Positions 1 through 12,732 are shown, counted from the first letter of the whole stretch. The stretch: DNA of 63,161 nucleotides, filler included, from Octopus bimaculoides (GCF_001194135.2; 12 parts of 8 records of this genome joined end to end with filler, not necessarily neighbours in it), one strand, 5' to 3'. The notes: generated by a model from the letters alone, not told the origin. Made by a program: numbers and translations.

Positions 1-213
1 GTTTTCCATTGGGATATTTTTGCATTATATCAAGTAATAAGAATATAATGACTTGGGTCCGCAACATTGAGGAGAGAGTTATCAATGATGATGTTCTGAC
101 TTCGAATCCACGGTTATTTCCCTTTAACCCTCTCTCTGGACCTTTGCCGAGGCGCGAGCAAATTTTCATTCTGAAAATGCGACCCAGAGAAAAAGAGTTT
201 GGGAACCACTGAA

Positions 214-456
214 CTAGTGGGTGCTGAAAAGTTCCTGGTTTTAAGGGTATCACTAAAGGCCTTGAAAGACCCAACCTTTGGAGTTCTTTACATGGTTTAG
301 AAACACTGAAAGATCGCTGCAATAAGTGTGTGAATCTGAGAGGGGAATAATGATCATAAGAGATGTACTGGCATTTTCTTTTACTGATAAAATCATGTCT
401 GATGTACTGGCATTTTCTTTTACCCAGCGTCTAGAATATTTTTGCCGCCCCTTGTA
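214..456. mobile_element. Mariner-derived MITE (decayed)
   Basis: Starts with gggtgctgaaaagttcctgg and ends atttttgccgccccttg-TA (imperfect inverted termini). The interior matches the 36198-36399 copy in the opposite orientation and the C-terminal end of a mariner transposase (…DRCNKCVNLRGE). Confidence 0.65.
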
Positions 457-839
457 TATATAATAATGATGACCATATCAACATCAGATCTGTTGCTACC
501 GTCCTAAAGAAAGAACACATTAGTTAATGTTGACCTAGATACTCTGCGTTCGAAAACTGATGTTTATCGTATATAGGTCAACTAGATAGTGGCTGACCAT
601 AGGGCTAAACAGCAGTAGTGAACACTGAAGTTAATAACTAAATTTTACTTCGGCCACCAGGTAAGGACAACTTTTTCGAGAACTGACCCGCATGAGACAT
701 AGTTCATCGTTAAGCGGGCCGCACTACAATAAAAACTTCATGATAAATTTTCGTTAGGCTTGTCATTTAGAAAGTCCTGCGAGCCACTAGGTGTGCTATT
801 CAGAAAGTCCCGCGAACCGCTGTTTTTCCAATAGTTAGT

Positions 840-1218
840 TGGCACTCCGTCGCTTACGACGTCGAGGGTTCCAGTTGATCCGACCAACGGAACAGCCTGC
901 TCGTGAAATTAACGTGCAAGTGGCTGAGCACTCCACAGATACGTGTACCCTTAACGTAGTTCTCGGGGATATTCAGCGTGACACAGTGTGACAATGCTGA
1001 CCCTTTGAATTACAGGTACAACAGAAACAGGAATTAAGAGTGAGAGAAAGTTGTGGTGAAAGAGTACAGCAGGGTTCGCCACCATCCCCTGCTGGAGCCT
1101 CGTGGAGCTTTAGGTGTTTTCGCTCAATAAACACTCACAACGCCCGGTCTGGGAATCGAAACCGCGATCCTATGACCGCGAGTCCGCTGCCCTAACCACT
1201 GGGCCATTGCGCCTCCAC
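840..1218 (-). mobile_element. tRNA-derived SINE, OR-type family (full length)
   Basis: The minus strand begins gtggaggcgcaatggcccagtggttagggcagcgg…tttcgattccc (tRNA-like A/B boxes). Closely similar copy at 54685-55062, older copies at 37270-37570 and 46995-47265. Confidence 0.85.
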
Positions 1219-1632
1219 TGTTTTCCCAATAACACACAGAAAAGAACAAAGACCGCAATAACAACAATAATTAAAAGAACAAAACATCAACAACAGCAAG
1301 AACGTTGATAACAACAATATACATTTCTCACCGTTATTGCTTCTAGGCAATCGCTTGATCTGCTAGAAATAGCAGACAAATGTCCTTCATCTTGTTGGAT
1401 TGTGTGTGCTCAACATATGCTGTTTGAAAAATAAACGAGAACATCAAAGATGGAATAACTTTGACCATAGATTTTCACAATGAGAGTGTAGACCCGCTAG
1501 ACATAGCAACCGAATCATCCTCAAGGAAACATTGCATTGTTGCAAATGTAGATATACATAATTTACTGGGTTGTCATTGCTGGAATGTCTTTAAACATAG
1601 GTCAGTTCCATTTCTATACAGCAAAGAAAATA

Positions 1633-2580
1633 GGCGCGGCTATTTGATAAGAAACTTGCTTCCCAACCAAATGGTTCCGCGTTCAGTCCCACTGCGTGGC
1701 ACCTTGGTCAAGTGTGTTCTACTATAGTCTCGGGCCGACCACAGCCTTGTGAGTGGATTTGGTAGACGAAAACTGAAAGAAACCCGTCGTATATATATAT
1801 ATATATNNNNNNNNNNNNNNNNNNNNNNNNNNNNNNNNNNNNNNNNNNNNNNNNNNNNNNNNNNNNNNNNNNNNNNNNNNNNNNNNNNNNNNNNNNNNNN
1901 NNNNNNNNNNNNNNNNNNNNNNNNNNNNNNNNNNNNNNNNNNNNNNNNNNNNNNNNNNNNNNNNNNNNNNNNNNNNNNNNNNNNNNNNNNNNNNNNNNNN
2001 NNNNNNNNNNNNNNNNNNNNNNNNNNNNNNNNNNNNNNNNNNNNNNNNNNNNNNNNNNNNNNNNNNNNNNNNNNNNNNNNNNNNNNNNNNNNNNNNNNNN
2101 NNNNNNNNNNNNNNNNNNNNNNNNNNNNNNNNNNNNNNNNNNNNNNNNNNNNNNNNNNNNNNNNNAATAGTAAATGAGTATATGCATATATACGTACAGG
2201 TATGTGCGTACCGACATCCACCTGTATGTATAGGTGCATATCTAGGTACAGGACATTGCAAACAAAACGTAGACGAGAAAACACACAAGCCACATAGAGA
2301 ACATTCTACTTCATCAGCTACCCCCGTTTTAACACCGGCATGTGCATGTATCTTTGTGCCTGTGTTTCTCCCCCGCCAGTTTGACAACCGGTGCTGGTAT
2401 GTTGACGTCCCGTAACCTAGCGGTTCGGCCTAAATGAACGATAGAATAAGTACTAGGCTTAAAAAATAAGTCCTGGGGGGGGGCGATTTGTTCGACTAAA
2501 ATCCTCCAAGGTGGTGCTCCAGCACAGCCGCAGTCAAATGACTGAAATGAGTAAAAGATTGAAAGAATAAAAGAATACCT
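1633..2580 (+). mobile_element. Composite tRNA-derived SINE, OK-type (head + microsatellite/gap + tail)
   Basis: Head …ggttccgcgttcagtcccactgcgtggcaccttgg…, central (TA)n with N gap, tail …cggttcggc…gatagaataagtactaggc…ggtggtgctccagc…gcagtcaaatgactgaaa. Recurs many times in the window. Confidence 0.85.
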
Positions 2581-2699
2581 CAACCAGAAACAAAACAACA
2601 TAAATATGATCAGGGCCAACTCTGCAGCCGCTAAAAACAACAGCTACGCTAAGAACAACAACAATTCAAACAACAGCGAGAACAACGACCACAACAACA

Positions 2700-2915
2700 A
2701 CTCTTTCTACTCTAGGCACAAGACCTGAAATGCTTGGGGAGGAGACCAGTCGATTACATCGACCCCCAGTGCGTAACTGGTACTTAATTTATCGACCCCG
2801 AAAGGATGAAAGGCAAAGTCGACCTCGGCGGAATTTGAACTCAGAACGTAGCGGCAGACGAAATACCGCAAAGCATTTCGCCCGGCGTGCTAACGTTTGT
2901 GCCTGCTCACCGCCT
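2700..2915 (-). mobile_element. SINE family C (ggcggcgagctggc…gagttcaaattccgccgaggtcgac type)
   Basis: Reverse complement of the repeat seen at 25521-25770, 57700-57865 and 59540-59700. Confidence 0.8.
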
Positions 2916-3179
2916 TACAACAACCATAATTAAAAGTGTAAAAGACTCACCAAGGCTAACAACAACAGGAAGAAGAACGTTGATATTAACAACAGACAAC
3001 TACTAATACTGCTACACAAAATAAAACTGATAACAAGAACAGCAACAACAACAACAGCAACAGCAACCCTAGTGACAAAAACAAGAAGAAAACACCACAT
3101 ACGGCACTAATGTTATTCAAAATTCTTAAGAAGTTTCGCTTGACTAACTGCACCGAATAACCTCGGCTCCAAACAGCAG

Positions 3180-3650
3180 ACGGTGGGGGTTGGTTGGTTG
3201 GTTGGCTGGCTGGTTTGCTGGCTGACTGTCTGGTTGGCTGGAAAGTGGGCTGGCCGGCTGATAGGCTGGCTGGCTGGCTTGCTGGCTGGCTGGCTGGCAG
3301 GCTGGTTGGCATGTATGTCTGTTGTGGGAGGTGGAATGACGTATGTAAATAGATAGGAAATGTAAACGGAAACAGAAAGGGTGAGGAGTGGATGAGAGAA
3401 AGAGAGAGAGAGAGAGAGAGTGGGGAAAAGAGTGTATGGAGTAAAACGTTAAGTCGAAAGAGAGGGAGCGGAATAAATTAAAAAGGAGGAAGAAAAATCG
3501 AGAAAAAGAAAGAGGAGATTTGAGAAAGAGAAAAGGGAGATAAATATGAAAAGAAGTGACAAAATATGACAAGAAAAATAGATAGATAGATAGATAGATA
3601 GATAGACAGATAGACAGATAGATAGATAGATAGATAGATTGGTTGATTGA
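3180..3650. repeat. Mixed simple repeats (GGCT/GGTT)n, (GA)n, (GATA)n
   Basis: Directly visible low-complexity tracts. Confidence 0.9.
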
Positions 3651-3822
3651 TTTGACACCGAGAAAAAACGAAAGGCGGAAACCAAGAACGGAAGAAAAGG
3701 CAAAAGAAAGTATGAAAGGAAAAATTAAGAAGGCGAACGAGTAGAATCGGGGAAGATAGATAAAAGTTCCTTAGCGAGAGAGGAAGAAAAAAAGAGATAA
3801 AATGAAGGTGACAGATAGAAAC

Positions 3823-3894
<72 letters not shown>

Positions 3895-5706
3895 NNNNNN
3901 NNNNNNNNNNNNNNNNNNNNNNNNNNNNNNNNNNNNNNNNNNNNNNNNNNNNNNNNNNNNNNNNNNNNNNNNNNNNNNNNNNNNNNNNNNNNNNNNNNNN
4001 NNNNNNNNNNNNNNNNNNNNNNNNNNNNNNNNNNNNNNNNNNNNNNNNNNNNNNNNNNNNNNNNNNNNNNNNNNNNNNNNNNNNNNNNNNNNNNNNNNNN
4101 NNNNNNNNNNNNNNNNNNNNNNNNNNNNNNNNNNNNNNNNNNNNNNNNNNNNNNNNNNNNNNNNNNNNNNNNNNNNNNNNNNNNNNNNNNNNNNNNNNNN
4201 NNNNNNNNNNNNNNNNNNNNNNNNNNNNNNNNNNNNNNNNNNNNNNNNNNNNNNNNNNNNNNNNNNNNNNNNNNNNNNNNNNNNNNNNNNNNNNNNNNNN
4301 NNNNNNNNNNNNNNNNNNNNNNNNNNNNNNNNNNNNNNNNNNNNNNNNNNNNNNNNNNNNNNNNNNNNNNNNNNNNNNNNNNNNNNNNNNNNNNNNNNNN
4401 NNNNNNNNNNNNNNNNTATAGCGATCGTGTCGGCATCTATTTTTCTTTGTACGGTTTAAAGTTCAAAAGATTACCGAAGCGTAGCCGTTGCTGTCACTGC
4501 AAATGGCTAGAAGTAATAATAGTTCCCGAGCATTTTTGAAGAAATTTAAATGGATATCAATACTTGATTGATATAATTTAGTTTAGCAGCCTCTGAAGAA
4601 ATAACGACATAGGTGGTAGGATTTGAACTTAAAACGTAAATGAATTTGCTTATATATATTGGAGTTCAACTATGTACAAAGTTCTGGGTTTAATCCCACT
4701 GCGTAGTACCTCGGGCAAGTGTCTTCTACTCTGGCCACGGGCTGATCAAAACCGTACGAGTGGATTTGCACGACAAAATTTTAAAGCTAGTTGGGTATGT
4801 ATGTATGCAAAGGCACGAAACTGAGTATTAGTATTTTTGGTTGATAACTGATGAAGAATTTGGGTCCTTCTGTATCTGTCCTACGTGTAAGTCTTGTAGT
4901 ATTTAATGCATTTTTCATTTATTGAATAACTGAACGCCACGCAACCCGAATTTTGTTAACAGTATATATATGTATTGTCCGTTTTTCTTCCGTCCTTGTT
5001 TTTGTATACATTCGTTGCTCTTTTCCAAGGAATCTAATGCACTTACCTTAGTTTTTCCTTGGAGCTGACCAGATTAGAGCATAAGTATAATCAGCCGAAA
5101 TTGTGAAGATAATCTGGTACTCGACTGACCCGTCCTTGTTTTCTATGTATCGTCTATCTGGATGCTTTGTTGTCCCATTTCTGTATCACCTAACTGTCTG
5201 GATGTTTTGCGTTCTTTTCTCATTTTGCGTTTATATATATATATAGCGGTGTACGTACACTTTGGTCTCGTATATGTAAGTATACATTTTTCTAAACCTT
5301 GTACGACTCTATTTCTGTCAATCAGCTCTTTTACGCTTATTCTTTCATTCCACTCTTCGTTCTTTCGTTCCCTCTCTCTCACATTTCTCTTCCCATGTGA
5401 CCGGCGTTCTGCCAAGCATGATTTTTCTTTCTTGGCCGGCCGTTGTCCGTGCAACATCGATATTCCTCCCTGTGCCTGTGAAATCATATATCCCTGCCGT
5501 AAGGCTTTATTTCCACACACGCCAGCTTAATTTAATTCGTCCTTAGTCGAAAGACATCTATTGTTATGTCTTGTTATTATTTTAATTTTATTTGTGTAAC
5601 ATTGTCCGTTTTTTTCCGTCCTTGTTTTTGTATACATTCGCTGCTTTCTTACAAGGAATCTAATATCATCTAACTGTCCTGATGTTTTGCGGTCTTGTCC
5701 CGTTTC

Positions 5707-5769
<63 letters not shown>

Positions 5770-6026
5770 CACACACACATATATATATACTCTTTTACTC
5801 ATTTCAGCCATGCGGACGTGGTCATGCTGTGGCACCACCATGGTCATTTTGGCTTCTTCAGTCAAGGTGTTTCACATCACCACTCTTGTATGTGCCTTTG
5901 CCCCAGCTGTTGGTACATTTGGTATATAAGGGAGTTTTATTCCGCTGCCCTCGTCTGTACCTCGTGTCGGGCTGTTGGTTCATCCGGTATTGTAGAAAGG
6001 AGGATGTCTAGTTCCTTTTTGACTAT

Positions 6027-6334
6027 ACTCTTTACTCTCTTTTACTTGTTTCAGTCTTTTGACTGTGGCCATGCTGGAGCACCGCCTTTAGTCGAGCAAA
6101 TCGACCCCAGGACTTATTCTTTGGAAGCCTAGTACTTATTCTATCGGTCTCTTTTGCCGAACCGCTAAGTTACGGGGACATAAACACACCAGCATCGTTT
6201 GTCAAGCGATGTTGGGAGGACAAACACAGACATACAAACACATACACACATATATATACATATATACGACAGGCTTTTTTCAGTTTCCGTCTACCAAATC
6301 CACTCACAAGGCTTTGGTCGGTCCGAGGCTATAG
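6027..6334 (-). mobile_element. OK-type SINE, head lost into gap
   Basis: cagtcttttgactgtggccatgctggagcaccgcc…aaatccactcacaaggctttggtcgg matches the family consensus reversed. Confidence 0.85.
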
Positions 6335-6472
6335 NNNNNNNNNNNNNNNNNNNNNNNNNNNNNNNNNNNNNNNNNNNNTTAATTAATTAANNNNNNNNNN
6401 NNNNNNNNNNNNNNNNNNNNNNNNNNNNNNNNNNCACCACCACAAACCACCACCACCACCACCACCACCACC

Positions 6473-6530
<58 letters not shown>

Positions 6531-6986
6531 TTACTACTACTACTACTACCACCACAGTACCGCAATCACGATCCGAGTGGAAGACGGGTGTCTAAATGGC
6601 AATTTGACCTGCTAAAAATAACAGCCGAATCTCTCTCGAAGCTCACATCCTACCGTCTTAAGAAGGACACGTTGGAACATTGGTCAATGTAGTCCTAGAT
6701 ATCTTTTATCTTTCACTTATTTTCAGTCACTGCACTGCGGCCAAGCTGGGGCAACGCCTTGAAGAATTTTTTATAATGTAGTTCTGGATATCTTGTACAC
6801 ACACAAAATCAAACAGGTGCGGCATAGCTGGAGCGTCTTTCATCCGAGGTCTGTTCGATCAGGGTTGCCTTGGAGGTGAACAACAGCAACAACGACAACA
6901 AGCGGTTTTTCGATGCCACTTCCATTCGCTCTTTCTCTCTCTCTGCACGCATACACACACATGCACACATATGCACTCACAAACAG

Positions 6987-7027
<41 letters not shown>

Positions 7028-7889
7028 GAAATACATATATACACGCTTACACACTTATACACGCAGCCATTCCAATATCGCCCTCTCTCTTTCTTTCTCT
7101 GTCACNNNNNNNNNNNNNNNNNNNNNNNNNNNNNNNNNNNNNNNNNNNNNNNNNNNNNNNNNNNNNNNNNNNNNNNNNNNNNNNNNNNNNNNNNNNNNNN
7201 NNNNNNNNNNNNNNNNNNNNNNNNNNNNNNNNNNNNNNNNNNNNNNNNNNNNNNNNNNNNNNNNNNNNNNNNNNNNNNNNNNNNNNNNNNNNNNNNNNNN
7301 NNNNNNNNNNNNNNNNNNNNNNNNNNNNNNNNNNNNNNNNNNNNNNNNNNNNNNNNNNNNNNNNNNNNNNNNNNNNNNNNNNNNNNNNNNNNNNNNNNNN
7401 NNNNNNNNNNNNNNNNNNNNNNNNNNNNNNNNNNNNNNNNNNNNNNNNNNNNNNNNNNNNNNNNNNNNNNNNNNNNNNNNNNNNNNNNNNNNNNNNNNNN
7501 NNNNNNNNNNNNNAATCAACCGACTTCGACGGAAGTCGGAAACAAACAATATGCGAGCACAACCGGAAGTCACCATATGGCTGTTGGTGGCTGTCCTGGT
7601 GGTTTGGCAGTTTAGCCTCGGTTCGACTTAAATAGGCAGACATATGATCAAAAGTGTTCCAGCCGTGACTATCGCGTCTAGTTTTGTTTTCTTCCTCTTT
7701 AGCGAGGCGCAGGCACGGTCACGTGCTTTCGGGTTCGGTTCCACTTCTATTGGGAATTTAACCATTTTTGCCTGTGTTAAAAACTAATTGGTGAAATCAT
7801 TGGAATATCGCACACAAAGCCGTTTACGTTCTGAGTTCAAATACCGCCCAGGACATCTTATGATTTTCTTCTGTCTAGGATCGATAAAA

Positions 7890-9020
7890 TAATGTACCTG
7901 TCTAATCCTGATTATTCTAACCGTTCCAAGGAGTCAAACTTACAGTAACGACATCTCCAATAATAAGCCATCAGTACCCTACCAGCAGCTCCCTTCCCGT
8001 CAACTAAGTGGGTACTTTCTTTTAATGTCTTGAGAACTTTCTAGAGACTTCTTACACAGCCAAGTAATGTTGTATTCTTGATGTGTTCTGTTTTCATTTC
8101 CAAGCTTATCTTTTCCAACCAGTTTCATTGCTTTCAGTCATTTGACTGCGGCCATGCTGGAGCACCGCCTTTAGTCGAGCAAATCGACCCCAAGACTAAT
8201 TCTTTGTATGTCTAGTACTTATTCTATCGGTCTGTTTTTACCGAACCGCTAAGTTACGGGGACGTAAACACACCAGCATCGGTTGTCAAGCGATGTTGGG
8301 GGGAGAAACACAGACACACAAACACACAGATATAAATATATATATATATATACACATATACGACGGGCTTGTTTCAGTTTCCGTCTACCAAATCCACTCA
8401 CAAGGCTTTGGCACAATATACACCTTTTCATAAACTATAGATTTTTGATTCCTCTTTTCAGAGCTTCATATGAATCTCTTCAGTTTTTCTCCTTCTTTTT
8501 CGACAATTCTTCTGTCATAAGGGGAACCGATGTCTATAATCAGATACGAGTTTTCTTCATGTCTACCTGTACAATATCATCTTTCCCAGGTCCGATTCTA
8601 TGATCACATTGCTCGGTCATTGTCTACCACACACATATCGGCTCACGTTTATGCCATTCTCTCGCCTTTTCCAATCCAAACTTGTTACATAATTCTCAGT
8701 GAACTATTCTGGCGATATTGTCATTCCTTCTCTTGTATTCTCTCCGATCCATTTTACTGCATTCGTTTAAAATATGCCACACTCGCTCTCTCCCCAGTTT
8801 CACCTCAAATTCTGCATTTATCTGATTCTGTTGATCGGTTACCTTTGTGTTGGATGTAATCAGTTGTTAACGCTTGTTTCACGCTGAACATATCAAGGCC
8901 TCTGTTTCAGGTTACATTTTTTTGTGACCCCGCAACCATCTTTTATCTGGGTCTATGTCCCTTGGTATCTCTCTCAAGAATTGACCAAGCAACTTCTTAT
9001 CCTTTTTGTTGTTTTCCCTA
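7890..9020 (-). mobile_element. R4/Dong-clade (REL endonuclease) non-LTR retrotransposon, decayed 3' part, split by a SINE
   Basis: Minus-strand translation with stops/frameshifts: KKLLGQFLREIP…PETEALICSA…QALTTDYIQHK…KCRI*GETG…VWHILNECSKMDRREYKRRNDNIARIVH, i.e. the CCHC knuckle and RH-like motif of R4-clade ORFs. Homology resumes at ~8110-7900 beyond the SINE. Confidence 0.75.
8134..8412 (-). mobile_element. OK-type SINE (5'-truncated) nested in the R4/Dong remnant
   Basis: Matches the family consensus, and LINE homology continues on both sides. Confidence 0.85.
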
Positions 9021-9034
9021 TTATTGTTGTTAGC

Positions 9035-9215
9035 ACACCGATCAAAATGCTTAGCGGCATTTTCGTCCGTCTTTACGTCCTGAGTTCTAATATCGCAGAG
9101 ATTGTCTTTGCCTTTCATCTTCTCAGGAAGGATAAAATAATTCACAATCGAGAATTGGGGCCCATGCAATCGACTAGTCTGTTCTCCTCACCAAAATTTC
9201 AGACCTTGTGCATAT
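9035..9215 (+). mobile_element. SINE family C followed by (ATT)n
   Basis: aaatgcttagcggcattttcgtccgtctttacgtcctgagttc… matches other family C copies. Confidence 0.7.
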
Positions 9216-9232
9216 AGAAGAAAATATAATTA

Positions 9233-9293
<61 letters not shown>

Positions 9294-9298
9294 TATTA

Positions 9299-9351
<53 letters not shown>

Positions 9352-10051
9352 GTTATTACAATGACTACTTGTAATATACTACGCTGATTCAGATGAGTTT
9401 ATGNNNNNNNNNNNNNNNNNNNNNNNNNNNNNNNNNNNNNNNNNNNNNNNNNNNNNNNNNNNNNNNNNNNNNNNNNNNNNNNNNNNNNNNNNNNNNNNNN
9501 NNGAAGAAGAAGAAAAGAGAGAGAGAGAACGAAGGGTTTTGGGAGACTGAAAGAGAGAGAGAGATGGAGATAGAGAGAGAGGGAGAGAGAGAAAGAGTGA
9601 AAAGTGCAGCCCTTGTTGACAATAAATATGTGACATAAAAGAACGTAAAAAAATAGAATTTTTCTATGAAAATCTTTTCCGTTTTCTCATTTTTTTTTTA
9701 CTTCATGTTAATTACTCTGGGATTAATTAACGAAATGTTCTCTTATTATTATATTCTTTTCTTCTAATTAGCCTTTTCTTTTCAGTTGTTTTTTTTATTT
9801 TCTGGTTATTTAATTTTTTTTTTTCGTTTGATCGCGCGTAAGTGATGTTAATTCTTTTCATCTTGTAATTAATTAACCAGCTGTGATTACTGCTGAGATG
9901 GTTCAGTTTAGCGACAAATCCAGTGAACCACCACCAAGAGGTGTCGTTTCTCTGCTGGAACCGATTCGCTACTTAAATACGACTAATTTCATTTACGTAG
10001 ACAGAAACGTATCCAATAATTACAACATTGAACCAGCGACGTAAAAATACA

Positions 10052-10063
10052 GCCGCCATTTTG
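10052..10063 (-). promoter_or_regulatory. YY1-type motif (CAAAATGGCGGC) in a unique, CpG-containing island
   Basis: The plus strand reads GCCGCCATTTTG, an exact YY1 consensus, in non-repetitive sequence. No transcript evidence is available. Confidence 0.35.
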
Positions 10064-11239
10064 ATGGTCTTTTTTCCTCCCTTTTCTCTTCCTTTTTTCT
10101 ACCTCATAACAATACTTCCCTTCCTCCATTACGGAAAAGAATATACTGTATGATTTAGTATAATTATTTGGAAAGGTTGTCTAGTTAATAAACAGTGAAG
10201 TAATTGCTCACTTAGTTAATGTAGTGGGCACGAAAACTTTAAGTAATAAAGACTGTATTTGTATCGAAGAGAGATATAAAGAAGGACCTCCGACAAAAAG
10301 CGGGGAGAGGTCTGTGCCGTTTTCTTTTTTTACTTTTTGTTTTTGGCGCCAGGAATATGGATTCATTCAAACGTTCTCAGCTTTTGGGGCCCTAGGCACA
10401 CATACTACTGTAATACAGCGATTTCTTATCGGCAAATAGGTCCAGTAATCCATAAGCAGGAGAGATGCAGCCAGAGTGTACAAAGTACAGAATAAAAGTC
10501 CAAAAGAGTAAGAAAGGTAGAGAGTCCAGAAGTTCGTGTGTGATGAGAGGAGACAGGATCGTTGGCTATACATTGTCAAATAATACTGAAGGCAAACAAG
10601 GAATCGCAAGAAGGACAAGCCAAAGGAAAAAATGTATATACGTAAATACATACATATACGTATGTATACCTACATATATACATAAGTACATAGATATATA
10701 TCATATGTATGTGCGTATGTGTGTAAGTGTGTGTGTGTGTGTGTGCATGTGCGTATGTATATGTATGTATGTGAGTGTATAAACGTTCAGGATTCAAGTG
10801 AATCAGATTGCTTTATGTATGTATGTATATATATATATATATATATATATAATACTATCCATATCACGTCCTCACTTTGTTGTTTTTTTGTTTTTTTTGT
10901 TATTGTTTTTTTTAACTATATATATATATATATATATAGGGTGATAAATTGAATATTAATTCAATTTAAAACCAAGTGGGCTAGCATCTAAAAAAATCTG
11001 AAAATTCAGAAAAAATTGTATTACACGTGTATAAGGGATGACTACTAGGTAGACGTCCAATATGCTAGAAAGAGGTCATCAACGACTCAACCACAAAGAA
11101 AAATAATGTTCTTCAGAAAAAACTTCGCAAAACACCAAAACAAGACAAAATGGGAAATATACAGAATAAAGAATTAGTTGTGTACTGCGGTTTCGAACAT
11201 TAACGGATCATTCGAAGTCTTCTTTCCTCAGTCGAGTTC

Positions 11240-11555
11240 CAGATTATTTTTTTTAAGCCGGGCACTTATTCTGTCAGTCTGTTTTGCCGAATCGCTAAGT
11301 TACGGGGACGTAAACACACCAACAGCGATTGTAAAACGGTGCTGGGGGAGAAACACAAAGGCACACACACATACACACATTCACACACGCATGTATATAT
11401 TCGACGGCCTTCTTTCAGTTTCCGTCTACTAAATCTACTCACAATGCTTTAGTCTGCTGGAGACTATGGCAGAAGATACTTGCTCAAGGTGCGACGCAGT
11501 AGGACTGAACCCGACACCAAGTCGTTGTGAAGCAAACTTCTTACCACACAGCCAT
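11240..11555 (-). mobile_element. OK-type SINE, diverged
   Basis: gccgaatcgctaagttacggggacgtaaacacacc…cttcttaccacacagcca matches the consensus reversed. Confidence 0.8.
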
Positions 11556-12444
11556 GTCTAAGCTAATAAAAAGCAATAAAAACTTACTCGAAAATAACAA
11601 AAAAACACGCACCTTTCCTTCTATAACATCACATAAATTCTCTGTCGAAGACTGCGGCCAATCCAGCCGTCACGTGGAAGCTCAACGCATACACAGTCGT
11701 AGCTTTACCCCCAGCTCAATCGACAGCTGAAAGCGAGGCTACAAACCAGTCACATGACTCCTGCCTTGGGGTTCAAAGTTGTTAATCTGTAATTAATTTA
11801 CGTAGATATTGTTTCAGTATGTTAATTTATTTTATTGGTGTTTCAATCTTCTTTNNNNNNNNNNNNNNNNNNNNNNNNNNNNNNNNNNNNNNNNNNNNTT
11901 AATTAATTAANNNNNNNNNNNNNNNNNNNNNNNNNNNNNNNNNNNNNNNNNNNNCACCACCACCACCACCACCATAACCACCAGCAGCAACAGCGGAAAC
12001 AACAACCATAACAACAACAAAAACAAACACAACAGAAATAACAACATCGCCAGCAACTACAAAGACAAGCGCAACAAACATAATGAAAATGTTAAAACTA
12101 CAACTAGAACACGAATAAGAAAAGCAGCAGCAGCAGCAACTACAACCACAACAATAGCATTGCCATAGCTGAATATCCAAGTTGTTCTTATTGAGAGGCC
12201 ATTTTGAAATGGCGTTGATCACATCACATCGGGAATGTTGAAACTATTTCTGTACGTGTGTATCTGTGTGTGTGTGTTTGTGTGTATATGTATGTCCGTG
12301 TGTGTGTGTGTGTGTGTGCAATTGCATGTGTATGTATATTGTACGTATGTTGTGTGTGCTGTATGTATTGTATGTATATATAAATGTGAATTTATATATA
12401 TATATTTACATATATATTTATATATATATATATTTACATATCAT

Positions 12445-12675
12445 AGGATCGCGATTTCGATTCCCAGGCCGGGCGTTGTGAGTGTTTATTGAGCGAAAAC
12501 ACCTAAAGCTCCACGAGGCTCCGGTAGGGAATGGTGGCGAACCCTGCTGTATAGAATTAAATGGCGGTGCCCCAGCATGGCCGCAGCTCNNNNNNNNNNG
12601 TGGCGAACCCTGCTGTATAGAATTAAATGGCGGTGCCCCAGCATGGCCGCAGCTCATGAGCTGAAACTAGATAAA
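12445..12675 (+). mobile_element. Chimeric SINE: OR-type head joined to OK-type tail
   Basis: gatcgcgatttcgattcccaggccgggcgttgtgag… (OR head) runs into ggcggtgccccagcatggccgcagctc…tgaaac (OK tail). Confidence 0.65.
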
Positions 12676-12688
12676 ATGAAAAATTGAA

Positions 12689-12732
<44 letters not shown>

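Noticed and set aside
1140-1218. tRNA-like sequences with A/B boxes (also 18960-19035, 35004-35080, 54985-55062)
   Set aside because: They are heads of multicopy SINEs that continue into family-specific bodies, not stand-alone tRNA genes.
6379-6390. Recurrent TTAATTAATTAA flanked by N runs (also 11899, 20387, 29448, 39145, 46655, 49161, 55271, 57928, 59924, 62097)
   Set aside because: An identical 12-mer centred in fixed-length N blocks is a scaffolding/gap-filler artefact, not a spaced repeat or CRISPR-like array.
12533-12656. Perfect 57-bp tandem duplication either side of a 10-N gap
   Set aside because: Most likely unmerged overlapping contig ends.
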